NCBI GenBank assembly: GCA_009914755.4
Contig: CP068257.2
Location: forward strand, 22,432,001 to 22,496,000
DNA length: 64,000 nucleotides
Direction: 5' to 3'
Origin: the human T2T-CHM13v2.0 reference genome, Homo sapiens
Shown here: piece after piece, positions 37,736-54,696 of the stretch
Numbering within the stretch: position 1 is the stretch's first letter
Layout of the letters: each line of letters begins with the position of its first letter
Translations under genes and position numbers: made by a program
The notes under the pieces: model-generated
The model's input: only the letters and a program-made list of their open reading frames with translations
Database searches by the model: none
Told to the model about the DNA's origin: nothing

Positions 37736-38955
37736 ATAATAATTTGATGGATTTGTTATACTTGAACACGTATAAAGGTTAGTTTTGATACAAATCTTCT
37801 CTCTTACACATACATACTTTCAATTAGTTACTAAGGTTTTTTCTAAGCTGATGTGGATCTTTCTATCCTGGCCTTTATCCATGTCAGTTTCTAGAACTAT
37901 TCTGCCAACTCAAGCCTCTGTCCCTTTGCAAATACTTGTCCCTCAGTTTAGGGACATAGTTTTCTTCATCATGCTGTGCAACTATACATAGTTTTCTTCA
38001 TCATTCTGTGCAACAGTTGTTTTCAAAAGGTTTCTAAAGTACATTAACTTAAATAAATTAAGAAAAGTTTAATTTATTTGATATTGGCTATGTATATTGA
38101 TGCTACTTAGCATTTTTGTGTATAGGGAAGACTATGCAGCTAGTAATTTTGTCTAACTTATATTTATTAAATTTCTTATCGGTCTCCTCCCATCGGGCCC
38201 CTCCTCCAACACTGAGGATTACAATTCAACACGAAATTTCAGTGAGGACACAGAGCCAAACCATAACAGTCTGCTTGTTTTTCCATTACGAAACCCTGTC
38301 CAAGATTGGTGAGTTTCATGTGTCAGCAATATAGTATTATTTTTCCAGCCTGCTCTTCAATTGAAGGAGTCGTACTCAGAGAATGTTAGCTCTATGAAGA
38401 TTATGCTTTTGCTATAGTTTACTAATTTAAGTTAGTCTCACTTCAATTAGTTTTGAAAATATTTAATTACATATGTTCATTGAAAAATGTTTATAAACCG
38501 TTATATATTATTTATACATCTACTTATAAAGGCTGATGTTGCTGGAACCATCCTCCCCTTCCCTAAAGAAAAATAATACACATCAGCTGTCACTTGATTA
38601 AAATGAAACTTAGGATAAATCCAAAACAAAAATGTATTTAAAAGATAATTTTGTTTTTCAAAAACCTTGTTAATTAATTGCTTCCAACTTTTGTGTGCTA
38701 GCTCTGCCCGTGGGTTCTATATTTATAAAGTTTCCAGGCTCAGCTGAAGCCCTTTACCACTATTTTGACAATTGATGGTGCAAAACTAAATTTTCAAAAT
38801 ATTGTCAATTGTCTATAATTCAGAAATCAAAAATTACATCTAAGTATAAAAACAGGCATTCTGATATTTTTGAGTGTATCAACATAGCTATAACTTTTTC
38901 TGAGTTGAGTTTACATTATATATTCTTCACTCTATCATCTTACTTTTTTAAAAAA

Positions 38956-39121
38956 TTTTTTTGAGACAGAGTTTTGCTCTGTCACCCAGGCTGTAGTGCA
39001 ATGGCATAGTCTTGGCTCACTGCAACCTCTGCCTCTGGGTTCAAGTGATTCTCCTGCCTCAGCCTCCTGAGTAGCTGGGATTACAGGCACTCACCACCAC
39101 ACCTGGCTAATTTTTGTATTT
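38956..39121 (-). mobile_element. 5'-truncated Alu (right monomer only), minus orientation
   Basis: TTTTTTTGAGACAGAGTTTTGCTCTGTCACCCAGGCTGTAGTGCAATGGCATAGTCTTGGCTCACTGCAACCTCTGCCTCTGGGTTCAAGTGATTCTCCTGCCTCAGCCTCCTGAGTAGCTGGGATTACAGGCACTCACCACCACACCTGGCTAATTTTTGTATTTT. The sequence ends there, before any left monomer. Confidence 0.85.
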
Positions 39122-39632
39122 TCATAACCAAGCATTTTTTTATATCTAGTTATTTATCTAACAGTAAAACAAGATTTTGGAATTAGAGAAAAGGCTCACA
39201 GAGCAAGTTTAGCACCAGTTCCCATACCGTGGTTCCCCACGTGGTGAAAGATAGGACTTGATGCCATTTGTGTGTGCAGTAGGGTGGCAATATAGGAAAA
39301 AATTCTCTAAGTTATGAAATTTGGAGCTTTTGTAGCATGACAGGTGCATTTTTTGAAGAGAGAGAGAAATCCTTTCTCTGGAGTGAAAAACATGAAATCC
39401 TCTTTGGGGAAAGGAAGGGAATATCTCTAAGTTTTTATTTTCATTTGAAATACAAGCAAATGTCTCCAGGGTAGAAAAGCTCCATAAAAATACACCGTCT
39501 CTAAATTCCAAGGCTTGTTTTTCGTTAAGCCATACTTTAAGCTTGATTGCCATTAATATAATATTTAACCACGAACAAACTTTAAAATGTTCATGGAGAG
39601 TTGTCAGCAAGTCTCCAGAAGAGGGAGCTGGG

Positions 39633-39636
<4 letters not shown>

Positions 39637-39697
<61 letters not shown>

Positions 39698-39698
39698 A
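39637..39698. repeat. (GA)n microsatellite, ~30 units with one GG interruption
   Basis: gagagagaga... read directly. It directly abuts the 5' truncation point of the L1 fragment that follows. Confidence 0.97.
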
Positions 39699-39699
39699 T

Positions 39700-41985
<2,286 letters not shown>

Positions 41986-42249
41986 TTAGAGAATTGACAA
42001 TCAGTTTAAAGCATAAGAATTAAATAGACACCATTTTTAAAATATCAAGCTAATTGTCAAATAGAACTTCTAGAAATATAATTTGTGATCATTGCAATTT
42101 TTTAAATGGATGCATTAAATAGCATATTAGAGACAGGTGAAAAAAATAAACCAAAGGGTAGAATAAAAGTAAGTATGCTAAAATCAGAACAGATGAATAA
42201 AATACAGAAAAAAATTAAGTGAAATATAAGTTAACAGACTGTAAATGGC

Positions 42250-42560
42250 ACTCTCTGATTAGCTCTAACAAAATCCAAAAGAAGAGAATTGGGAGAATGA
42301 GGGAGAAGTAGTTTCAGAAAGATAATAATTGAAAAAAAATTCCGAATTGGTAAAAGACATGGATCCTTACAATCCAGAAGCATAATTATTTTAAGCAGAA
42401 TAAACCTGAAAAGGATGTCAGGGAAAATCTCAAAACACTTAGGCAAAAAAAGTAGATTTTAAATACAACAGAGAGAAAACACTGATTACCTTCAAAGGAG
42501 TAAAAATGAAACTGGTAACAGTTTCACAACTATAACAATAGGAGCCAGTGAAATAGTCTA
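42250..42560 (+). mobile_element. Possible L1 ORF1-derived fragment (old L1M-type)
   Basis: Translation …FRKIIIEKNSELVKDMDPYNPEA… resembles L1M ORF1 …FEEIMAENFPNLMKDINLQIQEA…. The downstream match is poor. Confidence 0.3.
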
Positions 42561-43394
42561 ATAGCCAGTGAAATCATTATTATAAGGAAAAATAACCTAA
42601 TTTATATGTTTTCTTAGATGTACTCTAAATTTAAAACATATGAAATAGCTATTTTGTTTTGTTCTATGGACACATAAGAGGTACTAATGAAAAGTTATTA
42701 GAATCTCTTATGGGTCCATAGAACATACGCACACAAAAATTTGCAAAAACTTTAAATTTGTATATTTCAAGAGCCTGTTTCTTGCTCTAGACGTGCACTC
42801 TGCGATTCAAGCTACTTTCGGGAAATGAGTGAGTAATTATCCTACTTTTTTTAGATTTCTTGTAATATATAGTTTATAGTGCCTTTCTTAAGAAAATCAA
42901 TGGTATTGATTTTGTTAAAGGCATCGTCACTTACTACACACACGTGCTAAGACAATTTACATACAATATTGTTTATCCTTTTTACAGATGGTTCATAGGC
43001 ATTCCAAACATCCACTAACTCAAGTAAATAATGTTTGCATTAGATTCATACGTAGACATGAAGAAACCTTTTTATAAGGCATAATATCTTGGTTGGGGGA
43101 GGAGTGGAATGGATGATAGATTTACTGTCCAGTTACTAGTAATGCTTTTTGACGTTTCAAAATATGTTTCTAAAGAAATTTGTACAGAACAGTGATTCTT
43201 TAACTTTAGAGTTCACATACAACTCAGTATGGCAAAGGATGTGTTAATTATCTATAAAACCTCTTCTTTCTAGCTATTGAACATTTTGGTACATGTAATA
43301 TTTATTTTTTTAAGTGAAATGATCTTTGCTTCAATCTCTTCACCCAAAATTGACTATATGGTGAGAGTTACATAACTGTTGATGACGTTGGCCA

Positions 43395-43575
43395 TGTGAT
43401 TAGATTGCCTGCCTGATTTGAATTTTAGTTTCACCACTGTCTTGCTTTTGGACAAAGATAGACAGTCCCTAGATAGACATTTTTCTCTATAAATATTTAG
43501 CCTCATTTTTTTCCCATACCTAACTACAGAATAAGAATAGTAGAAACCTCTTAGGTTTGTTGTCAGCATTAAAGA
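43395..43575 (+). mobile_element. MIR SINE fragment, plus orientation
   Basis: TTGCCTGCCTGATTTGAATTTTAGTTTCACCACTGTCTTGCTTTTGGACAAAG…CCTCATTTTTTTCCCATACCTAACTACAGAATAAGAATAGTAGAAACCTCTTAGGTTTGTTGTCAGCATTAAAGATTAAATTAA matches MIR …CTGCCTGGGTTCGAATCCCGGCTCTGCCACTTACTAGCTGTGTGACCTTGGGCAAG…CCTCAGTTTCCTCATCTGTAAAATGGGGATAATAATAGTACCTACCTCATAGGGTTGTTGTGAGGATTAAATGAGTTAA. Confidence 0.5.
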
Positions 43576-44930
43576 TTAAATTAATTTTCATCATTTAATT
43601 AAGTTACTAAACTATTCAAGAACTATTAACAATCATTATTATTGTTCTAAATGGTTGACCACTGGTGTTCTGTCTCATTTAGAAGAGCTCAGCTACTTCA
43701 AAACAGAATTAGTGCTAGCTGAGTGAATTTTACAGGCAACATTATTTGACTAAATCAAGGGTGTATTTATTTATATTACTTACGTATAAACATCTCAATT
43801 CTGTACTTTATATAAGTGAATATATGACTTAGAAAAATACTCATGAATGTATTTTGAAAACACATTTAGATATTAAACTAGTAATCTTAAACATATACAT
43901 CTTTGATTGAAAGACATGTGTTTTGATCTGCATGTATTCACAATTTGTGTTAAATTTCAAACCAAAAATTTCTTGTGTTGTTTTTATTTTGCTTTGAAAA
44001 TATTTTTTACCAAAATTAAAATGTTATAACTAAGGGTAGTCCTAGTAAATTAAAACTTTGCAAATCTAATAATACAGAGAGCTAGGCTAAAAGAAACTTT
44101 GAGCAAAATGTCAGTTTTGAATAGAAATTATACGTCTGCTGGCAACATCCCCGCGTATTCCAAAACCAAGAGACAAAATCATATAGAATTCTGTTCACTT
44201 TAAAAATAGTATTTTCTCACTAAAAAGGGAAAATTGGTTTGTGCAAATTACTTCTAATATGATATAATTTTATACATCAGACAAATAAATGCAGTACAAA
44301 TTTAATGTTAATTTATATAGTCAATTTTTAAAATATTGAAAAATAATGAATATTTCATAAATGTATGGAGATTTAATCTACAGAATGATTAAAATGTTTA
44401 TAGTTTTTCAGTTTCAAAGATGGATAAAAATATGACAGGAAATAAAAAATAAATAATAGAGATCATCTCGCTGCTCAAACCTCATTTCAAGATATTTCAG
44501 GTTTTAACATAAAAACAATTTATGCTATAATGTTGCCTACAGAAAGTAGTTAACTGCTGTGAAGAATGTTTGCAGGTCACATTTCAGGAAATATATTTAA
44601 AGGCTTATTCACCAAAGTAATTTTAAATCATGGTCAACATATTTTACTACATTCAATATGAAACATAATTTAACTTGTTCTAGATCATTAAATATCATTA
44701 CTATAACTATTTATTTTTGCAGTTTCCTTTTTTCTAAACCTTGACCAGTGATTCTCAACTAATTCTGAAGACAATTGCCTTTATATTCATTCTTGCTGTC
44801 AATTTATGAATAGTTTTATTGAATGTTCCTTTGTCATTATCTTAGGAGACAAGTGATTACATCTCTTACTGACTATATTATCTTTGGCAGGTTAATTATC
44901 CCTTCTGCATTAGAGAGGCAAACTTTATAT

Positions 44931-44949
44931 ATGCATGCATGCATGCATG
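44931..44949. repeat. (ATGC)n short tetranucleotide repeat
   Basis: atgcatgcatgcatgcatg. Confidence 0.8.
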
Positions 44950-45145
44950 TTTATATGCTGAGTAGTATAAATTACTTACTACTTGACAATCTTTATTCAA
45001 ACATTCCATACTACTTATCTAATTCCACAAATATTTTAAAAAATATTTTGAGCCAGGAACTATTTTAGATGCTGAGGAGTTATCGGTGAGCAGCTACACT
45101 TTTGAACTCATCCAGTATACATTTTAATGGGAGAGGTTTTGGCCT

Positions 45146-45211
45146 TGTGTGTGTGTCTGTGTGTGTGTGTGTCTGTGTGTGCGTGCCTCTGTGTGTGTGT
45201 GTGTGTGTCTC
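45146..45211. repeat. (TG)n microsatellite, interrupted
   Basis: tgtgtgtgtgtctgtgtgtgtgtgtgtctgtgtgtgcgtgcctctgtgtgtgtgtgtgtgtgtc. Confidence 0.95.
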
Positions 45212-47460
45212 TTACGTAGTAATTAGAACTGAAAAATAAAGCAAAAGACAACGGATGGAGAGTGGCACCATTTTAGAAAGGGTGATAAAAGATAAGCACA
45301 CTTAGGAGGTGGCATTGGAGCAGAGATTTGAATGAAGTGAGTGAATCACATGCATAACAAGGGAAGTAGTCAGAATTGAGTTAGCTGCTAGCCTGATTGA
45401 AGGGGTATACACACCGAGGTGGAGAGGAAGGAGGTAGGACCAGAGAAATAACCATGGCTGGTGTCACAGAGGTTTCTGTAGACCATGAAAAGAATTTTGG
45501 GGTTTTCCTAAATTTGATAGGAATCTAGAGTGAGTTTCATTAGAAATATTATTAGGGACGCATTGGATTTAATTTATGGTAATTTTCAAGTATTGTGGTT
45601 ACTGAAAGCAGTCCTACGACAAGGGTAAAGAAGTTACCAAACACCCCTTTATCACATTAAACAAAATCCACTTGCTGAAATTTAAACTTACTTCCTTTCA
45701 TTCTAGATTCAGTCAGTTGGAAAACACTTTTTTAGCATCTTGGTCTTCTGTATATAAAGGGTGCTTTTTACTTGAAGGGTTGCAAAGCTTTTTCCTTTTT
45801 TTTCCTATTTGATTTCATCCCTTTCTATGCTTTCTTTGATTTAATTTGAGAGGGAGAAAATGTTTGGTGCTAATTAATTCAATTTTGGGTGTGTGGTTTT
45901 ATTTTGTTTTAGAGCATAGCTTTTATTCTTCTACATGGAAATAACTATGATAACAATCAAGCATCCCTCATCATCCTGTGGGATAATCTTACTGAAAATT
46001 TGAATGTCGCTTTGAAGGTAAATTATGATTTTTCATGACTAGAATCCTTGCTAGAACAACCGTGGGGATTTATAGAACTTGCTTTATAGAGATAGTGCCA
46101 TACTCTCTTTTCCAGAAATATAACATTTATACTCACAAGCAAACAAGTATATTACAAGAAATGCAAGTTTTTTGTTTGTTTATTGCTATATCAATTTTTC
46201 CTATAAAAAGACATTAGATTTTTCTTTCTTTAATTATTTATTAAGTGTTTGTGATGTTCCACTGTTCTAAGTGCTGGAGAAACAGTAAAAAAACAAAAAC
46301 AAAACGGGAAAGCCCCTTCTTTTATAGAGATTATATAATTTATACATTTCAAAATACACTGAAACTTTTTTCGGTGAGGAGTGTATATAACACATTTCTG
46401 AAAATACTACCATCCTCTCAATTCATTCATAAATTGAACTAATGAACATGAATCTCATTAGTCATCCGCCAATAATAGTATCAGCTAGAACATGTATTGT
46501 ATTCTGAAAACGTAAAAAGTTTTTACAAAATATGCCTCTCTCTCAAAAATTGATGATCTACAATAAAGCTAAAAATTTGCTATTCTATGTAAGAAAATTC
46601 AACAGTATCAAGATTTCTGTAATACCCACGAGTCTTGATTTACTATATGTGATGGTCTGTTCAATTGGCTAAGATAAAGAAAGCACCTTAGCAAATTCCA
46701 GAACTTTATGAAGAAGAGCAGCTCACTCTGTTTTGTAGAAGAGAGCCAACACTTGATGTTCTCAATCAATGGGAAAGGGATATGAAAACAGGTCACATAT
46801 GCTTCTGTCCTTAACAGGTGGTTAGTACCATTCGGCATTTTCATAGGCTTAATACACATTTCCCTTATCCAGATACTGACAGAAATTATTATAAGTAGTT
46901 CTGGGGAGGGCAATTAGAAACCAAAATTTATTCCACTTGGCATTTATTAATCTTTACTAAACTCAAATGAATCTCTATAAAATGATTATAATTTCTAATT
47001 CATAATTTCTGTCAAATTGCATAATGTAAGGGCTTCCTCAAAATTCTATTAAAAGCTATATACCACTTCAACTTGTGCATTTTTTTATTGTAAACTGGCC
47101 TTTAAAAATATATTTTTTTCATCTTTTGCAACTTAAAGCTAAAAATCAGAAAGTTCCAGTTCAAGAGGTATAAAATGCACTCTTATTTCTAATATATAGT
47201 CATTGCTAGCCCTTAAAACTTGAATTTGTAATTATTGTTCAGTGGGGGCTTTAGAGTTTAAGATTCTAAAGATTTTTCACTTCAGGATGGATTCTAGTGG
47301 AAGATCTCAGGTAAGAATCTTATATATTTATAAGAAAAAATGTAATAAGCCAAAATGCATTTTTGACCATTTGATTTTAGTTATTAAGACAATGTATTTC
47401 CAGTGTGATTTTTGTCAAGAAAATGTATAAATATTCAGGGTAGTAATTTAAGATGCATAA

Positions 47461-47685
<225 letters not shown>

Positions 47686-48778
47686 TGATAGATATACTTT
47701 GCTTGTTAAAGTATTATCAAAATAAATATATTTAAAAGTGTTTATTTGAATTTAATTATTCCTTGTGAACATTTAAAGATCAATGAAAGTAGTATAAATT
47801 GTTATTAAGCAAAGAAATAAAAAATATTGAAAACAAACACTCTCAAATGTGCACAAAGAGAGAAATTTTTCCTTTTCCAAAATTATATGAAAATAAAAAA
47901 GTCTTCATTAAGAACAGATGAACATATTTTTAGGTAGCTATAGGAAAGAATAATTTTTCTAAGCAAACTTTTACGTGAGTTCTAAGATTTCCAATGATAT
48001 AAGAATTATCCTTCTGCAACCAGAGGTGGTACCAGAATCCAGCTTAGACATTTATCGTATCTTCAGGATCTCTCTGTGACTTTGGTATTTTACAGTAGAG
48101 TATACACGTGCAAGAACAGGACCTGTTTATTACATGTTATTTGAAAATGTGTTCAGAGTAATCCTGAATGAGTTGCTTGAAATACACTGATTTAGTTTTT
48201 TTTTTTTTTTTAACTTTTGTTTTATGTGTTTTAATTTTAAGTGACGATTTAGTTTGGCCAGAATGAAATGCAGGAGAATGTGTCTAGAACGGGAAACATA
48301 AAAATTAAAATGTTCAACTTTCTCAATCACATAATCTGAATTGGCTTTGAATGTCTGAGTACGTATTTTTAACTTCGGTGACCATGTACCTCTGAGAGCT
48401 AAATTGGAGAATTCTTGAATGTTATTTATCAAATAATTTTAGAAATCCACATAGATCATGAGCATACATTTATGTTGTTGTTTGCTATGCACTCAGAATC
48501 ATGGTATTATGTGAAGTAGTATGTATAACTACTATATCCCTTTATAGCTTATAATTAAATTTAAAAAGCATATGTAACATTCTTATTTTATATAATTAAT
48601 GTTACTTTTTTGTTATTAAATATTTTTCATAGCCTTTAGAAAAGAAAATGTATACTCAATTCATCTAATTTTGCATATATCTTTTTAAAAACAATAGATG
48701 TGTGTTTTGGTTTTATGGACAGCCACAGTGGTGTGATTGATAGAAAGTTATTGTCAGACAAAAGCACGTCCATACCTG

Positions 48779-49303
48779 TGATAGTTAATATTGAGTGTCA
48801 ACTTGACTGGATTGAAGGATGCAAAGTTAAGGTGTTGCCAAAGGAGATTAACATTTGAGTCAGTGAACTGGGAGAGGCAGATCCACCCTCGATCTGAGTG
48901 GGCACCATCTAATCAGCAGGCAGCACGGCTAGGATAAAAGCAGGCAGGGGAAAGTGGAAGGGGTAGACTGGCTAAGCCTTCTGGCCTCCATCTTTCTCCC
49001 GTGCTGGATGCTTCCTGCCTTTGAACATTGGACTTCAAGTTCTTCAGCTTTTGGACTCTTGGACTTAAACCAGTGGTTTGCCAGAGGCTCTCCGGCCTTC
49101 CGCCACAGACTGAAGGCTGAAGTGTCGGCTTCCCTACTTTTGAGGCTTTGGGACTTGGACTGGCTTCCTTGCTCCTCAGCTTGCAGACGGCCTATTGTGG
49201 GACTTCACCTTGTGATCATGTGAGTCAATACTCCTTAATAAACTCCTTTCATATATACACCTGCCCTATTAGTCCTGTCCCTCTAGAGACCCTGACTAAT
49301 AGA
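48779..49303 (+). mobile_element. Second copy of the MaLR-like solo LTR (same family as 28682-29185)
   Basis: TGATAGTTAATATTGAGTGTCAACTTGACTGGATTGAAGGATGCAAAG…CACCCTCGATCTGAGTGGGCACCATCTAATCAGCAGG…CTTCTGGCCTCCATCTTTCTCCCGTGCTGGATGCTTCCTGCCTTTGAACATTGGACTTCAAGTTCTTCAGCTTTTGGACTCTTGGACTTAAACCAGTGGTTTGCCAGAGGCTCTCCGGCCTTCCGCCACAGACTGAAGGCTGAAGTGTCGGCTTCC…CAGCTTGCAGACGGCCTATTGTGGGACTTCACCTTGTGATCATGTGAGTCAATACTCCTTAATAAACTCC…CCCTGACTAATAGAA. Confidence 0.55.
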
Positions 49304-51724
49304 ATACCTAAACTCAATATCTGGCTTATAAAATAGAAAATATAATCTCTCAGGATTAGTCCAAGGATTAAATAAAGTGCCTTGTATGTGACATGAACAA
49401 TTGATATTTTCCCCTAGAAATAAAGTTTTAGTTAGATAAATAAATATGCTTACTCAATAGTAAAAACGAAAGGCAAATATATGATAAAGGACAGCATAAA
49501 TGTTTGCCAGGTTTCCACTACTTGTTCTTTTAAAACAGTATTCCATTTAGCATATTTTTAAAATAGCATTTCACTAATTTTTTTAGGCAGACAATAATTT
49601 ACATTTGGAAATGAACTTGTTTCTCTGACAGCAGATGTATGTTTGAAATACTTCTTCCTTGAATAAAACTTGTGAACAGATTAGGAATCTAACTCACATT
49701 CAGATAACAAAGGGCATGAGTGAAAGAATACATTCAAATAAAATATAAAGGCATGTTCAATAACTACCTGTAATGTGATAAATAGAAGTCATTAGGAAAC
49801 TATGAAGCTACAATGTGCTTAGGGTTTCTAGGCATAAAGGGAAGGAGTCATTTGATTTCTAAAACTCAAATAGAAAAGTGCTTTTAATAAAAGAGATGAT
49901 GATAAATATATTCTCCTCTGAAAAAACTAACAATCACTGAGCGAGAAATAAAGTACCATTTATTTTAATCAAAACAAGGTTTCCTGAGAATCTGATAAGC
50001 AACTATAGTTTGGGATAAAACACTGGATAAATGTATGAGTGTCATGCTCTATTTATGTAATAAATACCTTTTGGAAAATGCACATCCACTAAAGTGATTT
50101 TGGATGAATCATAGTTTACATACACAAAGGGATTTTTTATTTGAATTGCAAGAATGTGCATTATGAGGCAAATAATTTGCTTTGAGCAAGAATGTCCTTT
50201 TTGTTTTCATTTTAAATATGGATTTCACATACTGTGTTTATTTCAAGAGAAACAGACCCATTTTGATGAATAATAGGTATTTCTGACATAACATTCTGAC
50301 ACATTTAAAATACTTATTTGCTAAACAATTATGTACATTATATAGTGTTTTGTACTCATGATTAAAAAAGAATTTCAAGTGATAGTGTATGAAAAAATTA
50401 CTGGATGCCAAGTAAAGAACATGCTCTAAAAATAGCCTCCTTAATACAGAATTTTCAGTAAGAGACTCACAGAAACAAATAAGCATATTTATTAATATTT
50501 AGCAAGAATATTAAGAATAATTAATAATATGTATTAAGACTTATAATAGATAAGACTTATTTTTATTATTTTCCAACTTACACACTCATACAGGTTATTA
50601 ATTCATTTTTTTCTGATTATTGTCTCTGGTTATTAAGGTTTATCATGTGAGATAATATTCTTAAGCAACAAATATACCTACAGAAAATAGTATAGTTTGT
50701 ATAAAAAAGAAAATTTTAATTGTGAAAAAGGAAAAGCATAACTGAAATGAAATTATTATATATAAATGTCTTAAGATAATTTAAGATGCTAAATTGGTGT
50801 TAATTAAATCATTAAATTAACTTTAGTAATTGAATTAACCATGAAGTAACCCTTATGTAGGTAAAAGTAAGCAATTTGTAATATTTCTGCATTATGAAGA
50901 GATTTATAAATAGAAACAATTGCTTTTATTATTATACTAGTTTCTACAGTCCCCCAGAAAGGAGTCAAAGAAAGTTCTCAGGACAAAAAGCCCAAAACTT
51001 CTCAATTTTGTTGCTTCATTTAGAGAGCAAAGACTAAGCCTCAAATTTCAGGGGTTTCACTGTATTTTCAGATCTATCTGGTAAGACTAACAGCACATGT
51101 AGTTTGGAATGATTATTTTTCTGTCTTTAACAGGCTTTCTTATTCCTTACTGCTATTTGGTACATTTCACAGTTCTTCATGAACATGAACAGTTTTATTT
51201 TAATTAGGTAATGGAGCAGTTCTACATCAAGGGGATCCTTCAATCTACTTACATTGAATGATAGGAAATTATCTGCGGAGATCTGGGGTTTAAGTTCAGG
51301 GAGTGAGCGTGGCAGCACTGAATCTCATTTTAGACCTTTCCTTAGCTAATTTGTAAGCAAATATGAGATTTCCTTTACTTTTAGAGTCCTAAGTATTTAG
51401 TGTCCTCTAATTTTCTCTCGTGTAAAATGAAAGCTTTGCAATAGATTATGTAAATAATTTTTAAAAGTTTCCTCACAGTTTCCATTTAATTAAGTCCAAT
51501 TCCCTTTCTAAACAGAGACTAGTTTCTGATATCAAATTGTTCCCTGTAGCATTATTATTTATACATTGTCCAAACGATATACAAAATATTTATTTTTTCA
51601 TGTCATTATTTGCCAGTTTAAAAATTATTTTAACGTTTTGGGTTTCATAATGTACTGCACTTGTTGAATTTAGAGCTAGACGACTAAAGAGTCATATATG
51701 GAACCAGCGATATTTGGACCATGA

Positions 51725-52146
<422 letters not shown>

Positions 52147-52649
52147 TGACTACTTTTATTTTTGATGAAACTTCATCTACTTTAAAATATCGGCTTTCCA
52201 TTTTTCAAGGGCCAGTTTACTTTCAGTCCCCATATTGGGGAGACTGAAAACTTGAGTTTAGTAAAATGCCAGCAAATCGTGACTGTGAATATGCACATCT
52301 ACTTAGAATGCATAGATCATTTTTGTTTAGAAAGGCAAATCAAATTTCGGATTTCTGGCTTTTAGTCTCCTGAATCTTCTTATTTCTTCTTTTTAATTTT
52401 GCCCCTAGTTAAGGAACTACTTCTATTTTGGTCAAAGAGTAAGCTATATTTCCACAAAATGTTGACAAACTTCATAGTAGGAGTTATTACGTTAAAACTT
52501 TTATATTCAGAACTCCAAAACAGACAGAGTTTTACTTGTACAGGAACATGGTGAAACTTAAATTGCCAAGTTAGCTTTGCATGCATCTTCCTTGTATTTT
52601 TGAATATCATATACAACACCTCTTCTCTCCAACGTTAGTATTGAGTAGC

Positions 52650-52950
52650 GGCCGGGTACGGTGGCTCACATAATCCCAGCACTTTGGGAGGCCAAGGCGG
52701 GCGGATCATGAGGTCAGGAGATCGAGACCATCTTGGCTAACACGGTGAAACCCCGTCTCTACTAAAAATACAAAAAAATTAGACGGGCGTGGCGGCGCGT
52801 GCCGGTAATTCCAGCTACTCAGAAGTCTCAGGCAGGAGAACCACGTGAACCGGGGAGGCGCAGCTTGCAGTGAGCCAAGATCGCGCCACTGCACTCCAGC
52901 CTGGGCGACAGGGCAAGAGCCTGTCTCAAAAAAAAAAAAAGAAAAAAAAA
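52650..52950 (+). mobile_element. Alu SINE, full length, plus orientation
   Basis: GGCCGGGTACGGTGGCTCACATAATCCCAGCACTTTGGGAGGCCAAGGCGGGCGGATCATGAGGTCAGGAGATCGAGACCATCTTGGCTAACACGGTGAAACCCCGTCTCTACTAAAAATACAAAAAAATTAGACGGGCGTGGCGGCGCGTGCC…GCAGCTTGCAGTGAGCCAAGATCGCGCCACTGCACTCCAGCCTGGGCGACAGGGCAAGAGCCTGTCTC then A13GA9. The target-site duplication ATTGAGTAGC lies at 52640-52649 and 52950-52959. Confidence 0.95.
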
Positions 52951-54656
52951 TTGAGTAGCTTAGCGCAGATTGCAGAAACATTTTTAGGACAAACTATGTG
53001 GCTTTAGCTCTTTTCCTACACAAACTGCCTTAATATGAAACTTTTTACCTGGGAAGGTCTTGAACCTGAAAACAGGCAAATATAAAGAAACATGGTGAAA
53101 TACAAAGAAACAAGTTAGTCTTCCCTAATGATCAGAATGTAACAAAGGAGGTACATTTTTCTTGATAGACAAAGGAACACTTGTAACTACTTAAACCCGA
53201 TATTTGACATTTTAGAATGTATCTATGTTAACAGGAAAAAAAGCAATGCTTCTGCTTGAAATATTTAGATTGTTCAGATAAAATTTGTTTTTTAAAATTT
53301 TTGTCTTCATTTTTCTTGTGTTAAAATATATTTATGTTATTATAATTTTGAACTTTATTCTGTAGATAATGCCTCTAGTAGTTTTTTCTAAGGCTAGAGA
53401 TATATAATTATTTTTAACTATAAGTATTCAGAGAGTACACTTAAACTGTGATCTCTCTTACCTCTGTCTTGTGAATAACTGTATATACCACAATACTAGC
53501 AATATTTTGAATGATTATCTTTTCAGTTGTATTGGTTTGCATCTTAGTTTCATCAGTAAGACAAGTAGATATAAATGTTACTGATTGCTCTGTACCTATT
53601 AACATAATTTAAATAAGGAAAAATGAGACCTTTTAGTAACAGTGGTCAATGTCAGTCATTTATATCAATACAGTAATCTATGCGTATATAAGCATAACCA
53701 GCATCAAGTGCTATGAGTATATATATTGCAAATTCCCAGCAATCTTTCTGTAGCATATTCACTGTGTAAATTATGTGCTTAACTTTTAAATTATTTACTG
53801 AAATCAAGATTCTGTTGGAATGATGTTACATATTCACTGATTCCAAGTCAACAACTTGTTCTGGTCTTTCTGAAATAGCTCCTAGGTTGTTAGCTGGCCA
53901 GAAATCCCTGGATTTAAGTTTTGCTTTTCCCATCTGTCCTTCTAATCAGTCAGCTTTCTCTGCCAATGAATGTTTTCCTAGTTGATTTCCCTTAGTTCTG
54001 ACATTGTGTTATAAGCTGAGGATTTGACATGGCAAAAGATTCCTAAAATGAGGTTCAGGCTTCTTACAAAATAGAGAATAAAACTGAGATAGCTAAGGAA
54101 ATTTGCAACTGAAAAACGTATATTTCCTCTTGCCTTTAAAGCATCTGTACTGAATTAAGTGAGGTCTGGATGTTACGGGAATGGCATCTAGATTTCAGAT
54201 GTTATATTGTGTTCATTACTATTTGTGTAGCATTAAATATTTTAGCTCTTTTAGATTCTGCATCCTAAAGAAAACAACTTTACTGTCTATCTTCAGATTT
54301 TTATGTTGTGGAAATTAAATAATTATGACAATACTGGCTATATAAATGTCACAGATCTCAATATTGGAAAACAAGTATAGCAAAATGAAGAATAAATATT
54401 ATTTCATTAAGCAAATCTGTATAGTAGAATAAAATATGATATGATATAAACAAAAAAAGTTTAATATATTTAACATCCTAAAATAATTTTCTGTTTTACT
54501 TTTTTATTATAAAACTTAAAATTACATATGTGACCCACTTTCATGTCTCATATTGTATTTGTTTTGGAGAGCTCAGCTCTAGAATGTTGCAGGAGATTGA
54601 CATAATGGCTGTGAAGATTTTTCTATTGACCTTCAATTCCTTGTACTTACTTGCAC

Positions 54657-54696
54657 TATATATATATATATATAGATAGATATATTTTTTTTTCTT
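54657..54696. repeat. (TA)n followed by GATA units and a T-run
   Basis: atatatatatatatatatagatagatatatttttttttctttttg. Confidence 0.85.

Noticed and set aside
47258-47287. Mini-exon-like signal: TTCACTTCAG|GATGGATTCTAGTGGAAGATCTCAG|GTAAGAAT, an acceptor and a consensus donor 27 nt apart.
   Set aside because: It is too short to evaluate. Consensus-like splice motifs occur by chance many times in 64 kb, and there is no supporting ORF or conservation information.
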